Origin: Bythopirellula sp.
GTDB taxonomy: Bacteria; Planctomycetota; Planctomycetia; Pirellulales; Lacipirellulaceae
Length of the DNA: 64,000 bases
Direction: 5' to 3'
Assembly: GCA_965216565.1 (NCBI GenBank)
Contig: OZ244170.1
Span: 1,120,001-1,184,000, forward strand
Shown: one piece after another, positions 9,340-19,736 of the stretch
How positions within the stretch are numbered: the first letter of the stretch is position 1
How the letters are laid out: each line of letters opens with the position of its first letter
Notes under the pieces: model-generated
Told to the model about the DNA's origin: nothing
Databases searched by the model: none
What the model saw: only the letters and a program-made list of their open reading frames with translations
Position numbers and translations under genes: made by a program

Positions 9340-10524
9340 CTACCCCGCCGCGGCGACGACTTTGTTCGCAGCGTCGGTCAAATCCGTGGCCGCGATGATG
9401 TCGACATCGCTTTCGGCCAGGATCTTGCGTCCCTCTTCTACTTCGGTGCCTTCGAGTCGCACTACCAGAGGCACATTGAAGCCGACCTCCTTGTAGGCAG
9501 TGACTACCGCATTGGCGATGGTTGTACACTGCATGATGCCTCCAAAGATGTTCACGAGTACGGCCTTCACATTCTTGTCGGCCAGCAGAATGCGGAATGC
9601 TTCTGTTACTTGCTCCACCTTGGCCCCGCCGCCAACGTCGAGAAAGTTGGCCGGCTCGCCACCGTGCAGCTTGATGAGATCCATCGTGCTCATGGCGAGA
9701 CCTGCCCCGTTGACGAGGCAACCGATGTTGCCTTCCAGCTGTACATAGCTCAGATCTGCCTCGCCGGCACGAACTTCAGCTGGGTCTTCTTCGGAGAGAT
9801 CGCGAAGCTCGCCGAGCTGCGGGTGACGAAACAGGGCGTTGTCGTCGAAGCTGATTTTTGCGTCCAAGGCAATCATCTCGCCCGATTTAGTTAGGACTAG
9901 CGGGTTGATCTCCGCCAGACTGCAATCGAGTTCGATGAACTGACGGCAAAGTGCCCGCATGAATTTTTCCGCCGAGCGGACGCTCTTGCCGGTGATGTCG
10001 AGTCGGTGGCAGAGCTTGCGAACCTGGTACGACTGTAATCCCGTGTCGGGGTGAAATGGCTCTTTGAATATGAGCTCAGGTGTGTTGGCCGCGACTTCCT
10101 CGATATTCATGCCGCCTTCGCTGGAAACCATTAACACAGGCAGCGACTGGGCGCGATCGATGACGATGCCGAGATACAGCTCGCGGTCGATGTCGCAACC
10201 GGCTTCGACCAAGACTTGCTGAACCGTCTTGCCTTCGGGGCCAGTCTGTATGGTTACAAGTTCTTTGCCAAGTAGATTGCCAGCGACCTTGGCGGCATCA
10301 GCGGCACTCTTAACGAGTTCGACACCGTGTTGATCGGGATTAGACTTAATGGTCCCTTTGCCACGTCCGCCCGCGTGAATTTGTGCTTTGACCACGGCAA
10401 GGCTACCGCCGAGTTTGTCGAATGCTGCGGAAGCTTCCTCGGGAGTTCTGGCAACGATGCTTTCTGGCACGGCCACATTAGCTTGGCGGAGCAAATCTTT
10501 CGCTTGGTATTCGTGAATTTTCAT
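9340..10524 (-). CDS. sucC: Succinyl-CoA ligase (ADP-forming) beta subunit
   Basis: [40 protein letters not shown]. Confidence 0.97.
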   Translation of the reverse strand: MKIHEYQAKDLLRQANVAVPESIVARTPEEASAAFDKLGGSLAVVKAQIHAGGRGKGTIKSNPDQHGVELVKSAADAAKVAGNLLGKELVTIQTGPEGKTVQQVLVEAGCDIDRELYLGIVIDRAQSLPVLMVSSEGGMNIEEVAANTPELIFKEPFHPDTGLQSYQVRKLCHRLDITGKSVRSAEKFMRALCRQFIELDCSLAEINPLVLTKSGEMIALDAKISFDDNALFRHPQLGELRDLSEEDPAEVRAGEADLSYVQLEGNIGCLVNGAGLAMSTMDLIKLHGGEPANFLDVGGGAKVEQVTEAFRILLADKNVKAVLVNIFGGIMQCTTIANAVVTAYKEVGFNVPLVVRLEGTEVEEGRKILAESDVDIIAATDLTDAANKVVAAAG

Positions 10525-10868
10525 ATCGCTGTGAAGTTTGTTTCATAGGTTATTGGATAGCCGCGATCTGACAGACCGACGGAGGTCAGAGCTATTGGCG
10601 TGGAGTATAGCGCTGGCGGAGTGGAAGGGTCAACGGGATAGCGAACCAACAGGCGAGACAGATGTCTTATAAGTGATAGAAGAAGATCCGAGCGGGAGAG
10701 AATCGATAAGTGACGACTCACCGAGTAAGCCAAATTGGCGTAATTTACGGATCGCTGCCTAAAATGCCTCCCACAGCGGCTGGCATCGTGAAACTAGTGA
10801 GTTTTCTGTTCTGAAACGAGACAAGTAGAATATCTGACTTGTCGTAACCCTATGATGTCAGTACGTTA

Positions 10869-10903
10869 TTGACTTACGCCAACGATTGTGAAAAAATTCA
10901 CAA
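10869..10903 (+). promoter_or_regulatory. nqr promoter with Rex operator TTGTGAA-AAAA-TTCACAA (10886-10903)
   Basis: Perfect match to the Rex consensus TTGTGAANNNNTTCACAA; -35-like TTGACT at 10869-10874 places the operator over the -10 region. Confidence 0.85.
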
Positions 10904-10957
10904 GCTAGGTTTATTGCCTTCCCCCCTCAAAATTCCCACGAGAGAAACCATTCGTCG

Positions 10958-12325
10958 ATGACAACCGTCAACCGCGTCAGCAAAGGTCTCGATCTACCGA
11001 TTGAAGGAGAGCCAACTCAGGTGATCTCCGACGGTCCGGAAGTGCGCCATGTGGCTCTTCTGGGCGACGACTACGTTGGCATGAAACCGACCATGGAAGT
11101 TGCCGAGGGGGATCGCGTTAAGTTGGGGCAGGTTGTATTTTCCGACAAGAAAAACCCGGGTGTTCAATACACGTCCCCCGGGGCAGGCACAGTCACAGCC
11201 ATCAATCGTGGGGCTAAACGCAAATTCGAGTCGTTGGTGATTGAGCTGGAAGGTGACGATCAGGTTACGTTTCAGTCTTATCACGATCACAACTTGGCCC
11301 AGTTAGACCGCCGCGAGGTATGCGAGCAATTGATCGCCTCGGGACTCTGGACTGCTTTGCGGACGCGACCTTATAGCCAAGTACCTGCAATTGATTCCGT
11401 ACCAAGCGCTATCTTTGTGACGGTGATCGATACGAATCCCCTGGCAGCCGATCCAGCGGTCGTGCTTGCAGATCGACAGGGAGAGTTTGTTTCGGGGTTA
11501 GAGGTGCTGAGTACTTTGACCGAAGGCACCGTCTATGTTTGCCGACGTGCTGGCTCCGCGATTCCCGGCGAAGGAAAGACGCCTACGGAATTTCACGCAT
11601 TCGAAGGCCCCCATCCAGCAGGTTTGGCGGGAACGCATATCCACATGCTCAAGCCCGTAAGTGCCGCGAGATCGGTCTGGTATGTTGGCTACCAGGATGT
11701 GGTTGCCATCGGGCATTTGTTCAATACCGGTCAAATTCTGACGGATAAGGTAATCTCCCTGGGCGGGCCAGTGGTTCGTGATCCCCGGCTCATTCGCACC
11801 CGCATTGGAGCATCCCTAGCTGAACTCACCGAGGGACAATTCGAACGACCGATGGGCACGGAGGTTCGCATTATCTCCGGTTCAGTCTTGTCTGGTCGTC
11901 GTTCGCGCGTGCCGGTCGACTTTTTGGGACGCTACCATAACCAAGTGACGATCGTGGCCGAGGGCGGCCAGCGAGAATTCCTCGGTTGGATGGTGCCCGG
12001 GACGGACAAGTTTTCCGTCCGCAATGTCTTTGCGTCGGCCTGGACGGCCGGTCCCGATAAACGGTTCGCGCTCGACACCAGCACCGAGGGCAGCCCGCGC
12101 GCGATAGTGCCCATTGGCATGTACGAACAAGTGATGCCACTAGATATTATCGCCACGCCGCTGCTAAAGGCACTGATCACCGATGACACCGAATACGCCC
12201 AGGAACTGGGTGTGCTGGAACTCGACGAAGAAGATTTGGCCCTGTGCACCTATGTATGTCCGGGAAAGACCGAGTATGGGCCACTACTGCGTAAAAGTCT
12301 CACGCGAATAGAACACGAAGGTTAA
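10958..12325 (+). CDS. nqrA: Na+-translocating NADH:quinone reductase subunit A
   Basis: [29 protein letters not shown]. Confidence 0.96.
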   Translation: MTTVNRVSKGLDLPIEGEPTQVISDGPEVRHVALLGDDYVGMKPTMEVAEGDRVKLGQVVFSDKKNPGVQYTSPGAGTVTAINRGAKRKFESLVIELEGDDQVTFQSYHDHNLAQLDRREVCEQLIASGLWTALRTRPYSQVPAIDSVPSAIFVTVIDTNPLAADPAVVLADRQGEFVSGLEVLSTLTEGTVYVCRRAGSAIPGEGKTPTEFHAFEGPHPAGLAGTHIHMLKPVSAARSVWYVGYQDVVAIGHLFNTGQILTDKVISLGGPVVRDPRLIRTRIGASLAELTEGQFERPMGTEVRIISGSVLSGRRSRVPVDFLGRYHNQVTIVAEGGQREFLGWMVPGTDKFSVRNVFASAWTAGPDKRFALDTSTEGSPRAIVPIGMYEQVMPLDIIATPLLKALITDDTEYAQELGVLELDEEDLALCTYVCPGKTEYGPLLRKSLTRIEHEG

Positions 12326-12343
12326 AGGAAAGCAGGTATTCAA

Positions 12344-13561
12344 GTGCTGCGGAAAATGTTGGATCGTGTTCATCCCCTATTCGCCAAGGGTGGCAAGCTG
12401 GAAAGGCTATATCCCTTGTACGAGGCGATGGACACGTTTCTGTACACACCTAGCGATACAACATCCGGTGCCGCACATGTGCGAGATTCGATGAATCTCA
12501 AGCGCATGATGAGCCTGGTGGTGGTGGCTTTGTTGCCGTGCTTTTATATGGCGTTGAGCAACACAGGCTACCAAGCGAACCTTGCTTTGCAGGAAGAAGG
12601 TGCCCAGGTTGTCGACGATTGGCACGAATCGCTGTACCTCTCCTTAGGTGGAGGGCACGACCCTTCGAGCTGGGTCGACAATATGTTGCTCGGTGCAGTG
12701 TTCTTTTTGCCAGTCTACTTTGTGACGATCGCGGTGGGCGGACTCTGGGAAGGTTTGTTCGCCATGGTCCGCAAGCATGAAATCAACGAAGGGTTTCTCG
12801 TCACGAGTGCTCTCTTCCCGTTAACACTACCGCCCACCATTCCGCTATGGCAGGTGGCGATTGGGATCTCGTTCGGCGTAGTAATTGGTAAGGAAATTTT
12901 CGGTGGCATTGGCAAAAACTTCCTCAATCCGGCACTGACCGCCAGAACCTTTTTATACTTTGCCTATGCTCAAGACATGAGCGGTGCAGCGGTGTGGACG
13001 GCAGTGGATGGATTGACGAAAGCCACTCCGTTGGGAGCGATGGCATCGGCCACGTCTAGCGACCCGGTCTACCAAATCATCGATTATAGATGGTGGGAGT
13101 GCTTCTTTGGTTATATCCAAGGATCTATGGGTGAAACTTCGACCTTCGCGGCGTTGTTGGGCGCGGTACTGCTTATTGCCACGGGCGTCGGCTCGTGGCG
13201 AATTATGCTCGGTGTGCTCGTGGGAATGGTCGGTTGCTCGGGTCTGTTTTGGATTTTCAGCGGCGAATCATCGGCTCCTTTGACGGCACTTCCGCCATGG
13301 TGGCACCTGGTGATGGGCGGATTCGCGTTTGGCACCGTCTTTATGGCTACCGACCCCGTCTCCGCGGCAATGACTGAAGTCGGTCGCTGGTGGTATGGAA
13401 TATTGATTGGCGTGGTGACCGTCCTGATCCGAGTCATCAACCCCGCATTCCCCGAAGGAATTATGTTGGCAATCCTGTTCGGCAATACCATGGCACCGCT
13501 GATCGATTACTGCGTCATTCAGGCGAACATCAAACGGAGGATGGCACGCTATGCAACGTGA
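12344..13561 (+). CDS. nqrB: Na+-NQR subunit B
   Basis: [27 protein letters not shown] site [17 protein letters not shown]. Confidence 0.96.
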   Translation: MLRKMLDRVHPLFAKGGKLERLYPLYEAMDTFLYTPSDTTSGAAHVRDSMNLKRMMSLVVVALLPCFYMALSNTGYQANLALQEEGAQVVDDWHESLYLSLGGGHDPSSWVDNMLLGAVFFLPVYFVTIAVGGLWEGLFAMVRKHEINEGFLVTSALFPLTLPPTIPLWQVAIGISFGVVIGKEIFGGIGKNFLNPALTARTFLYFAYAQDMSGAAVWTAVDGLTKATPLGAMASATSSDPVYQIIDYRWWECFFGYIQGSMGETSTFAALLGAVLLIATGVGSWRIMLGVLVGMVGCSGLFWIFSGESSAPLTALPPWWHLVMGGFAFGTVFMATDPVSAAMTEVGRWWYGILIGVVTVLIRVINPAFPEGIMLAILFGNTMAPLIDYCVIQANIKRRMARYAT

Positions 13562-14360
13562 TACTTTCACAAAAACGCTGATTGTGGCGGCTGTGCTTTG
13601 TGTTGTCTGTTCCGTGGTTGTTTCCGGCGCAGCGGTTGGTCTTCGCGAGACTCAAGAAGCCAACAAACTGAAAGACCAGAAGAAAAACGTCCTAATGGCA
13701 GCCGGGTTGTTTGATTCCAAGGACAACGAGCTTGGCGATGTTAATTCCATCTACGACGAGTGGATTGAACGTGAGCTGATTGATTTGGATTCGGGTGAAC
13801 CGGCTCCTGAGGATGTCGTCGACACTGAGACTTACGATCAGCGCAAAGCAGCCAAGGAAATCGACCTGAGCCAGGCGGTTGATCCTCCCGCCGCATTGGG
13901 AGGCATCAAGAGACGAGAGAAGTATTCCTTTGTCTACAAGGTGAAGGGAGAATCTGGAGACATCGAGCAGGTGGTACTCCCCGTCTACGGGAAGGGATTG
14001 TGGTCGACGTTATACGGATTTATCGCCGTGGCGAGCGACGGCAAGACGGTCAAAGGAATCACGTTCTACGAACATGCCGAAACGCCTGGTTTGGGGGGCG
14101 AAGTAGATAATCCGAGCTGGAAACAACTGTGGCCGGGTAAGGAACTGTTCGACGAGGACGGAAGTGTGGCCATTGAGGTGATTAAGGGACGCGTCACAGA
14201 ATCAACTGAGGACTCGGAGCACAAAATCGACGGGCTCAGCGGCGCGACCATCACCAGCGATGGCGTGGAAGAACTCGTGCAATACTGGGTTGGCCCCGAT
14301 GCATTTGGTCCCTATCTGAATCAATTTCAGAATAGTCCCGAAGGAGAACAGGGTGGCTGA
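13551..14360 (+). CDS. nqrC: Na+-NQR subunit C
   Basis: GLWST.YGF, ETPGLG, FMN site DGLSGAT. Confidence 0.96.
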   Translation: MQRDTFTKTLIVAAVLCVVCSVVVSGAAVGLRETQEANKLKDQKKNVLMAAGLFDSKDNELGDVNSIYDEWIERELIDLDSGEPAPEDVVDTETYDQRKAAKEIDLSQAVDPPAALGGIKRREKYSFVYKVKGESGDIEQVVLPVYGKGLWSTLYGFIAVASDGKTVKGITFYEHAETPGLGGEVDNPSWKQLWPGKELFDEDGSVAIEVIKGRVTESTEDSEHKIDGLSGATITSDGVEELVQYWVGPDAFGPYLNQFQNSPEGEQGG

Positions 14361-14982
14361 TACCGAATACAAAGAAGCGCTCACCGAGCCGATCTTCGAT
14401 AAGAATCCTATTGCTCTCCAGGTGCTTGGAATCTGTAGTGCCTTGGCGGTGACGACCAAGCTAGAAACCTCGGTCGTCATGTCGCTGGCTGTTTTGTTCG
14501 TGTTGGGACTGTCCAACTCCGCGGTGAGTCTGATTCGCAAGCAGATTCCGAGCAGCATCCGCATTATCGTGCAGATGACGATTATTTCTTCGCTGGTGAT
14601 TCTCGTCGATCAGATTCTCAAAGCCTATTCCTACCCTCTCAGCAAGCAGTTATCGGTGTTTGTGGGGCTGATTATCACCAATTGCATCGTCATGGGCCGG
14701 GCCGAAGCCTTTGCCATGAAGAATCCGCCTCGCCTCAGCTTTGTCGACGGCATTGGCAATGCATTGGGCTACAGCTTTGTATTGATCGTCGTTGGATTCT
14801 TCCGCGAGCTTTTCGGCTCGGGAAAACTGTGGGGCATCGAAGTCCTTCCGCTGGCGAGCGAGGGAGGTTGGTATGTGCCCAACGGGCTCATGCTGCTTTC
14901 GCCGAGTGCATTCTTCCTCATTGGATTACTCATTTGGGCCATCCGCACTTGGAAACCCGAACAGGTAGAACACGAAGGCTAA
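14353..14982 (+). CDS. nqrD: Na+-NQR subunit D
   Basis: [29 protein letters not shown]. Confidence 0.96.
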   Translation: MADTEYKEALTEPIFDKNPIALQVLGICSALAVTTKLETSVVMSLAVLFVLGLSNSAVSLIRKQIPSSIRIIVQMTIISSLVILVDQILKAYSYPLSKQLSVFVGLIITNCIVMGRAEAFAMKNPPRLSFVDGIGNALGYSFVLIVVGFFRELFGSGKLWGIEVLPLASEGGWYVPNGLMLLSPSAFFLIGLLIWAIRTWKPEQVEHEG

Positions 14983-14986
14983 AACC

Positions 14987-15595
14987 ATGGAACACTATCT
15001 CAGTATGTTTCTGAAAGCGGTCTTTGCCGAGAACCTGGCGTTGACCTTCTTTTTAGGGATGTGCACCTTTTTGGCTGTGTCGAAAACGGTGAAAACCGCG
15101 TTCGGATTGGGAATTGCTGTGATCGTTATCCAGACGATTACGGTTCCAGTAAACAACCTGATCCTGCAGTACTTGTTGGAAGAAGGAGCACTCACCTGGA
15201 TTAGCACCGACCTTGCTGGGGTCGATCTGCGATTTCTGTCGTTGATTAGCTTCATCGGCACGATCGCGGCCATGGTGCAGATCTTGGAAATGACTCTCGA
15301 TCGATATTTCCCCTACCTTTACAACCAGCTTGGCATTTTCTTGCCGTTGATCACGGTGAACTGTGCCATTCTGGGTGGTTCGCTCTTTATGCAGCAACGG
15401 GAATACAATTTTACAGAAAGCTGCGTCTACGGATTTGGTTCTGGTTTTGGGTGGGCGTTGGCGATTGTGGCGTTGGCGGGAATTCGCGAGAAAATGAAAT
15501 ACAGCGATGTGCCGGACGGGCTGAAGGGCCTGGGCATCACGTTTATGACGGTCGGTTTAATGGCCTTGGCGTTTATGTCCTTCAACGGAATGTAA
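14987..15595 (+). CDS. nqrE: Na+-NQR subunit E
   Basis: [30 protein letters not shown]. Confidence 0.96.
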   Translation: MEHYLSMFLKAVFAENLALTFFLGMCTFLAVSKTVKTAFGLGIAVIVIQTITVPVNNLILQYLLEEGALTWISTDLAGVDLRFLSLISFIGTIAAMVQILEMTLDRYFPYLYNQLGIFLPLITVNCAILGGSLFMQQREYNFTESCVYGFGSGFGWALAIVALAGIREKMKYSDVPDGLKGLGITFMTVGLMALAFMSFNGM

Positions 15596-15609
15596 GCACA
15601 CATCGAATC

Positions 15610-15660
15610 AGCCGCGTTGCCACGCAACGCAAGGCCTTGTGCCGCGTGGCGGTACGGCTA
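15610..15660. repeat. Intergenic palindrome between nqrE and nqrF
   Basis: AGCCGCGTTGCCACGC...GCGTGGCGGTACGGCT forms an imperfect hairpin. Confidence 0.55.
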
Positions 15661-15694
15661 GGTAGGACGTTTCACTAGACTTGAGCGAATCAAA

Positions 15695-16915
15695 ATGCTT
15701 GAAGTATTTCTTGGCGTAGCAATGTTCACGGCCATCGTATTGGTCCTGGTGCTGGTGATCCTGGCTGCCAAAGCGAAGTTAGTGCCCAGTGGCAACGTGA
15801 AGATTGTGGTGAACGAACAGAAAACGCTGGAAGTGCCCGCAGGGGGCAAGCTGCTGGGGGCTCTCTCCGACGCTGGAATCTTCGTTTCCTCTGCCTGCGG
15901 TGGAGGTGGGACGTGCGCCCAATGCGAGGTAAAGGTCCTGGATGGCGGCGGCGAAATTCTACCCACCGAACGCACCCACATCACCCGCCGCGAAGCCCAG
16001 GAGGGTTGCCGGCTTTCCTGCCAAGTTGCGGTGAAGCAAGATATGCAGGTGGAAGTCCCCGCCGAGGCGTTCGACACAAAGAAGTGGCTCTGCAAGGTGA
16101 AGTCGAATCATAATGTTGCCACGTTTATCAAGGAGTTTGTCCTGGAACTTCCCGAGGGCGAGGAAGTCGGTTTCAAAGCGGGCGGTTATATCCAAATTGA
16201 ATGTCCGCCGCACGAAATCGCCTACAAAGATTTTGAGATCGAGGAAGAGTACCGGGCCGACTGGGACAAGTACGATGTATGGCGTTACGTATCCAAGGTC
16301 GATGAGGATGTGACGCGGGCCTATTCCATGGCGAACTATCCGGGCGAGAAGGGCATCATCATGCTGAACGTCCGCGTGGCAAGCCCTCCTCCGCGACTGC
16401 CCGACGTACCTCCAGGCAAGATGTCGTCGTACATATTTAGTCTGAAGCCGGGCGACGATGTAACAATCTCTGGCCCCTACGGTGAGTTCTTTATCAAAGA
16501 TACCGACGCGGAAATGGTGTACATCGGCGGCGGTGCAGGAATGGCTCCGCTCCGTAGTCACATTTTCGAACTGTTCAAGAATCGAAAAACCAACCGCAAG
16601 GTGTCCTACTGGTATGGTGGTCGGAGCTTGCGGGAACTGTTCTATATCGACCATTTCCGCGAGATTGAGAAAGAGTTTCCCAACTTTCAGTTCAATATCG
16701 CCCTCTCCGAGCCTCAGCCAGAAGACAATTGGGATGGCTATACCGGGTTCATCCATCAAGTTCTGCTCGACAATTACCTGAAAGAGCATCCCGCTCCCGA
16801 AGATATCGAGTACTACATCTGCGGCCCGCCGATGATGAACCAGGCGGTTTTCAAGATGCTCGATGATTTGGGTGTCGAGAAAGAGAACATCGCGTATGAC
16901 GACTTCGGCGGATAA
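15695..16915 (+). CDS. nqrF: Na+-NQR subunit F (2Fe-2S, FAD, NADH binding)
   Basis: [41 protein letters not shown]. Confidence 0.97.
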   Translation: MLEVFLGVAMFTAIVLVLVLVILAAKAKLVPSGNVKIVVNEQKTLEVPAGGKLLGALSDAGIFVSSACGGGGTCAQCEVKVLDGGGEILPTERTHITRREAQEGCRLSCQVAVKQDMQVEVPAEAFDTKKWLCKVKSNHNVATFIKEFVLELPEGEEVGFKAGGYIQIECPPHEIAYKDFEIEEEYRADWDKYDVWRYVSKVDEDVTRAYSMANYPGEKGIIMLNVRVASPPPRLPDVPPGKMSSYIFSLKPGDDVTISGPYGEFFIKDTDAEMVYIGGGAGMAPLRSHIFELFKNRKTNRKVSYWYGGRSLRELFYIDHFREIEKEFPNFQFNIALSEPQPEDNWDGYTGFIHQVLLDNYLKEHPAPEDIEYYICGPPMMNQAVFKMLDDLGVEKENIAYDDFGG

Positions 16916-16967
16916 AGCTGATCTGGCTTTGACCACGAATCATACGAATAGGGATGTCAGTCGTAGG

Positions 16968-18056
16968 ATGCGATCGAGCAGCGCGCTATCGCACCGAGAT
17001 GAGCTTTGTGGTGCGATTTCACTTCGTTTCATTGCACCCTATGTGCTGTTGGCGTTACTGAGTCAATTGGCATCTTGCTCGAGCGAGCCAGCCCCAGATG
17101 TGGCCTCCATCACTGGGCGGACAATGGGCACCCAATACACGGTGCGTATCGCCAGGGGAGGGCACTTTCGGGATTGGCCACCGGACGTTGAGGCAGTGCA
17201 GAAACGCATCGATCAGCGGCTCGCAGAAATCAATAGCCAGATGTCGACCTACGACGTAAATTCGGAGCTGTCCCGCTTCAATCGGCTTAACAATACCGAT
17301 TGGTATTCGGTATCGCCTGCAACCGCTGAAGTGGTGGCGGCAGCACTTGAGATTGCTGAGACGACCGGCGGCAAATTCGATCCGACCGTGGGTCCCTTAG
17401 TTAATCTGTGGGGGTTTGGGCCGAACGCAGAGCGTGGTAATCCACCCACGGAAGACAAAATAGCGGCAGCGCTCGCCAGCACCGGGTACCGACTAGTGAA
17501 GGTGCGGCAAGACCCGCCTGCCATTCGCAAGGAGCAGGCCGAAATCTATGTCGACCTATCCGGCATTGCCAAGGGTTATGCGTCGGACCAGGTAAGCGAG
17601 TTGCTGGCGGAGATCGGCTATCAAAACTCAATGGTCGAGATCGGCGGAGAAGTTCGCACTCGTGGCAACAAGACCGACGGTTCGTCGTGGCGGATTGGCA
17701 TCGAGAAACCTGACGAAATGGGTCGGCCAATCCAGCTGGCGGTGGCGTTGGACAGTTCTGGCATGGCCACCTCGGGCGACTACCGAAATTTCTTTGAGCA
17801 CGACGGAAATCGATATTCGCATACGATTGATCCAACGTCGGGACGACCCGTGAAACATCGGTTGGCAGCGGTTTCGATCATTGCGACAAGCTGCATGGAG
17901 GCCGATGCTCTGGCAACGGCCATCATGGTCATGGGTGACGAGCGAGGATATGATTGGTGTGAGCAGCAACAAATTGCGGCTCTGTTTTTGGTGCGCGAGA
18001 AGGATCGGCTCGTAGAATTAAGAACTCCGGAGTTCGCGGAGCGATATCCAGAATAA
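16968..18056 (+). CDS. apbE: FAD:protein FMN transferase (lipoprotein)
   Basis: Lipobox LASC, GRTMGT, FDPTVGPL, DLSGIAKG, ATSGDYR, ADALATA; start position uncertain. Confidence 0.92.
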   Translation: MRSSSALSHRDELCGAISLRFIAPYVLLALLSQLASCSSEPAPDVASITGRTMGTQYTVRIARGGHFRDWPPDVEAVQKRIDQRLAEINSQMSTYDVNSELSRFNRLNNTDWYSVSPATAEVVAAALEIAETTGGKFDPTVGPLVNLWGFGPNAERGNPPTEDKIAAALASTGYRLVKVRQDPPAIRKEQAEIYVDLSGIAKGYASDQVSELLAEIGYQNSMVEIGGEVRTRGNKTDGSSWRIGIEKPDEMGRPIQLAVALDSSGMATSGDYRNFFEHDGNRYSHTIDPTSGRPVKHRLAAVSIIATSCMEADALATAIMVMGDERGYDWCEQQQIAALFLVREKDRLVELRTPEFAERYPE

Positions 18057-18075
18057 CCAGCGAGAGAATTCTTCC

Positions 18076-18297
18076 ATGTACTTGACCGTGGTTCTTATTA
18101 CGATCGTTGTCTTCGCCCTAGCCATCTGTGGACTGGCGATTGGCGTCATCATCAGCAATCGCCGACTCAAAGGAAGCTGCGGCGGACTGGCAAACCTGAC
18201 CGATAGCTCCGGCAAAACCCTGTGCGACGCCTGCACCAACCCCTCGCCGGAGTGCCAGGGCGAGCCGATTGAAGAGGCTGAAGTTACCCAGTCCTAG
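18076..18297 (+). CDS. nqrM: Na+-NQR maturation factor
   Basis: Single TM helix followed by LKGSCGG and further cysteines (CDAC..C); downstream of apbE. Confidence 0.85.
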   Translation: MYLTVVLITIVVFALAICGLAIGVIISNRRLKGSCGGLANLTDSSGKTLCDACTNPSPECQGEPIEEAEVTQS

Positions 18298-18308
18298 TCG
18301 CCAAAGGC

Positions 18309-18403
18309 ATAGGATGGGCCACAGCGCAGCGACGGCCCATCATTTCGAGTGATTCTAGCCCGGTTGAATCGATGGGCTGCCGATTTGCTCTAGCCCATCC
18401 TAC
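18309..18403. repeat. REP doublet (REPIN-like)
   Basis: ATAGGATGGGCC..GGCCCATC facing GATGGGCT..AGCCCATCCTAC. Confidence 0.75.
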
Positions 18404-18470
18404 AGACCAATCTGCTCCTTTAGCCACGTTCGCCAGAGCGTGAGATGATCCGGAATCATCCGAAAAACGT

Positions 18471-18512
18471 TTGACCTGCCCAAATAATATGATAGTGTAC
18501 ATATGTATGCTA
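18471..18512 (+). promoter_or_regulatory. dinB promoter with palindromic operator (candidate SOS box)
   Basis: TTGACC (18471-18476), TGnTAGTGT extended -10 (18490-18498), and near-palindrome TAGTGTACATATGTATGCTA (18493-18512) covering the ATG. Confidence 0.6.
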
Positions 18513-19736
18513 TCTGTCGATTGGCTATTTCTGGACATGAACGCCTACTTTGCCTCGGTCGAGCAGCAATTGCAGCCGGAGTTGCGCGGCGTGCCAGTGG
18601 CGGTGGTGCCCGTCATGACCGATCGTACCTGTTGCATCGCGGCCAGCTACGAGGCCCGGCCCTACGGCATTCGTACGGGCACCAATGTGGGCGAAGCGCG
18701 ACGGTGCTGTCCTCAGTTGCGGCTCGTCGAGGCTCGGCACGAACAGTATATCCAAACGCATCACAAAATCGTGGAAGCTGTCGAGACGGTGTTGCCCGTG
18801 GAGAAAGTTTGCTCGATTGACGAAATGGTCTGCAAGCTGTCACTTCATCAGCGAGAAGTGGGCGATGCCGTCTCGGTGGGCAAGGCGGTGAAGACCGCGA
18901 TTGCAGAGCAGGTAGGCCCCCACCTGCGGTGCTCAGTGGGCCTCGCTATCAATGCCTTTCTCGCGAAGGTGGCCACCAATCTGCAGAAACCCGATGGGCT
19001 GGTGACCATCACTTCGGCCGACTTACCGCAGAAACTCTACCGCCTGGGCCTCTCCGACTTTCCGGGCATTGGCCGAGGCATGTTGGCTCGACTCAACAGA
19101 AAAGGCATCACCACGGTTCGTCAATTGTGTGCCCTGTCGCGACAGGAGATGAACGATTCCTGGGAAAGCATTTTGGGAGATCAGTGGTGGCATTGGCTCC
19201 GCGGGCGAGAGTATCGGCGAACAGAAACGCAGCGGAGGTCGGTGAGTCATTCGCACGTGCTCGCACCTAAGTTTCGCACCGGCGAAGGGGCGCGTTCGGT
19301 GTTGGTCCGACTGATTCACAAAGCTGGTGCTCGATTGCGTCGACTTGGGTATTGGGCTCGCCGCATGAAGGTACGCTTGAAGTACACCGGCGGTTGGCCG
19401 GCCTGGGAAGCACCGGTCTATCTGGGCCAGTGCCAGGATACGCAGAGTATGCTGCGTGCGTTCGAAGATGCATGGGCGGAACGCGCCGCAGGGGGAACGC
19501 CTTTGCAGGTGAGCGTGTGGCTGTGGGACTTGGTCGACCAATCCAACGCCACCTTGCCGCTATTTCCCGAAGATCGCCGCAATGTACGGGCAGCCCGCGC
19601 GATGGACAACATTAACGAGTGCCTCGGGCCTAATTCCATTTACTTTGCCTCCATGCACGACGCGCGGCAGGAAGCACCCATGCGGATCGCCTTCTCTCAT
19701 ATTCCCGACGTCGTGGCGGAAGGCGAATCGCGTTAG
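18507..19736 (+). CDS. dinB: Y-family DNA polymerase IV
   Basis: DMNAYFASVE, AASYEAR..G, SIDE, LAKVA...KPDG; catalytic acidic residues intact. Confidence 0.92.
   Translation: MLSVDWLFLDMNAYFASVEQQLQPELRGVPVAVVPVMTDRTCCIAASYEARPYGIRTGTNVGEARRCCPQLRLVEARHEQYIQTHHKIVEAVETVLPVEKVCSIDEMVCKLSLHQREVGDAVSVGKAVKTAIAEQVGPHLRCSVGLAINAFLAKVATNLQKPDGLVTITSADLPQKLYRLGLSDFPGIGRGMLARLNRKGITTVRQLCALSRQEMNDSWESILGDQWWHWLRGREYRRTETQRRSVSHSHVLAPKFRTGEGARSVLVRLIHKAGARLRRLGYWARRMKVRLKYTGGWPAWEAPVYLGQCQDTQSMLRAFEDAWAERAAGGTPLQVSVWLWDLVDQSNATLPLFPEDRRNVRAARAMDNINECLGPNSIYFASMHDARQEAPMRIAFSHIPDVVAEGESR

Noticed and set aside
8486..9496. 336-aa plus-strand ORF
   Set aside because: Antisense shadow of sucD/sucC
15959..16936. 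325-aa minus-strand ORF
   Set aside because: Antisense shadow of nqrF
18507..19736. imuA-imuB-dnaE2 mutasome cassette
   Set aside because: The polymerase keeps its catalytic residues (DinB-like, not ImuB), and no imuA or dnaE2 is adjacent
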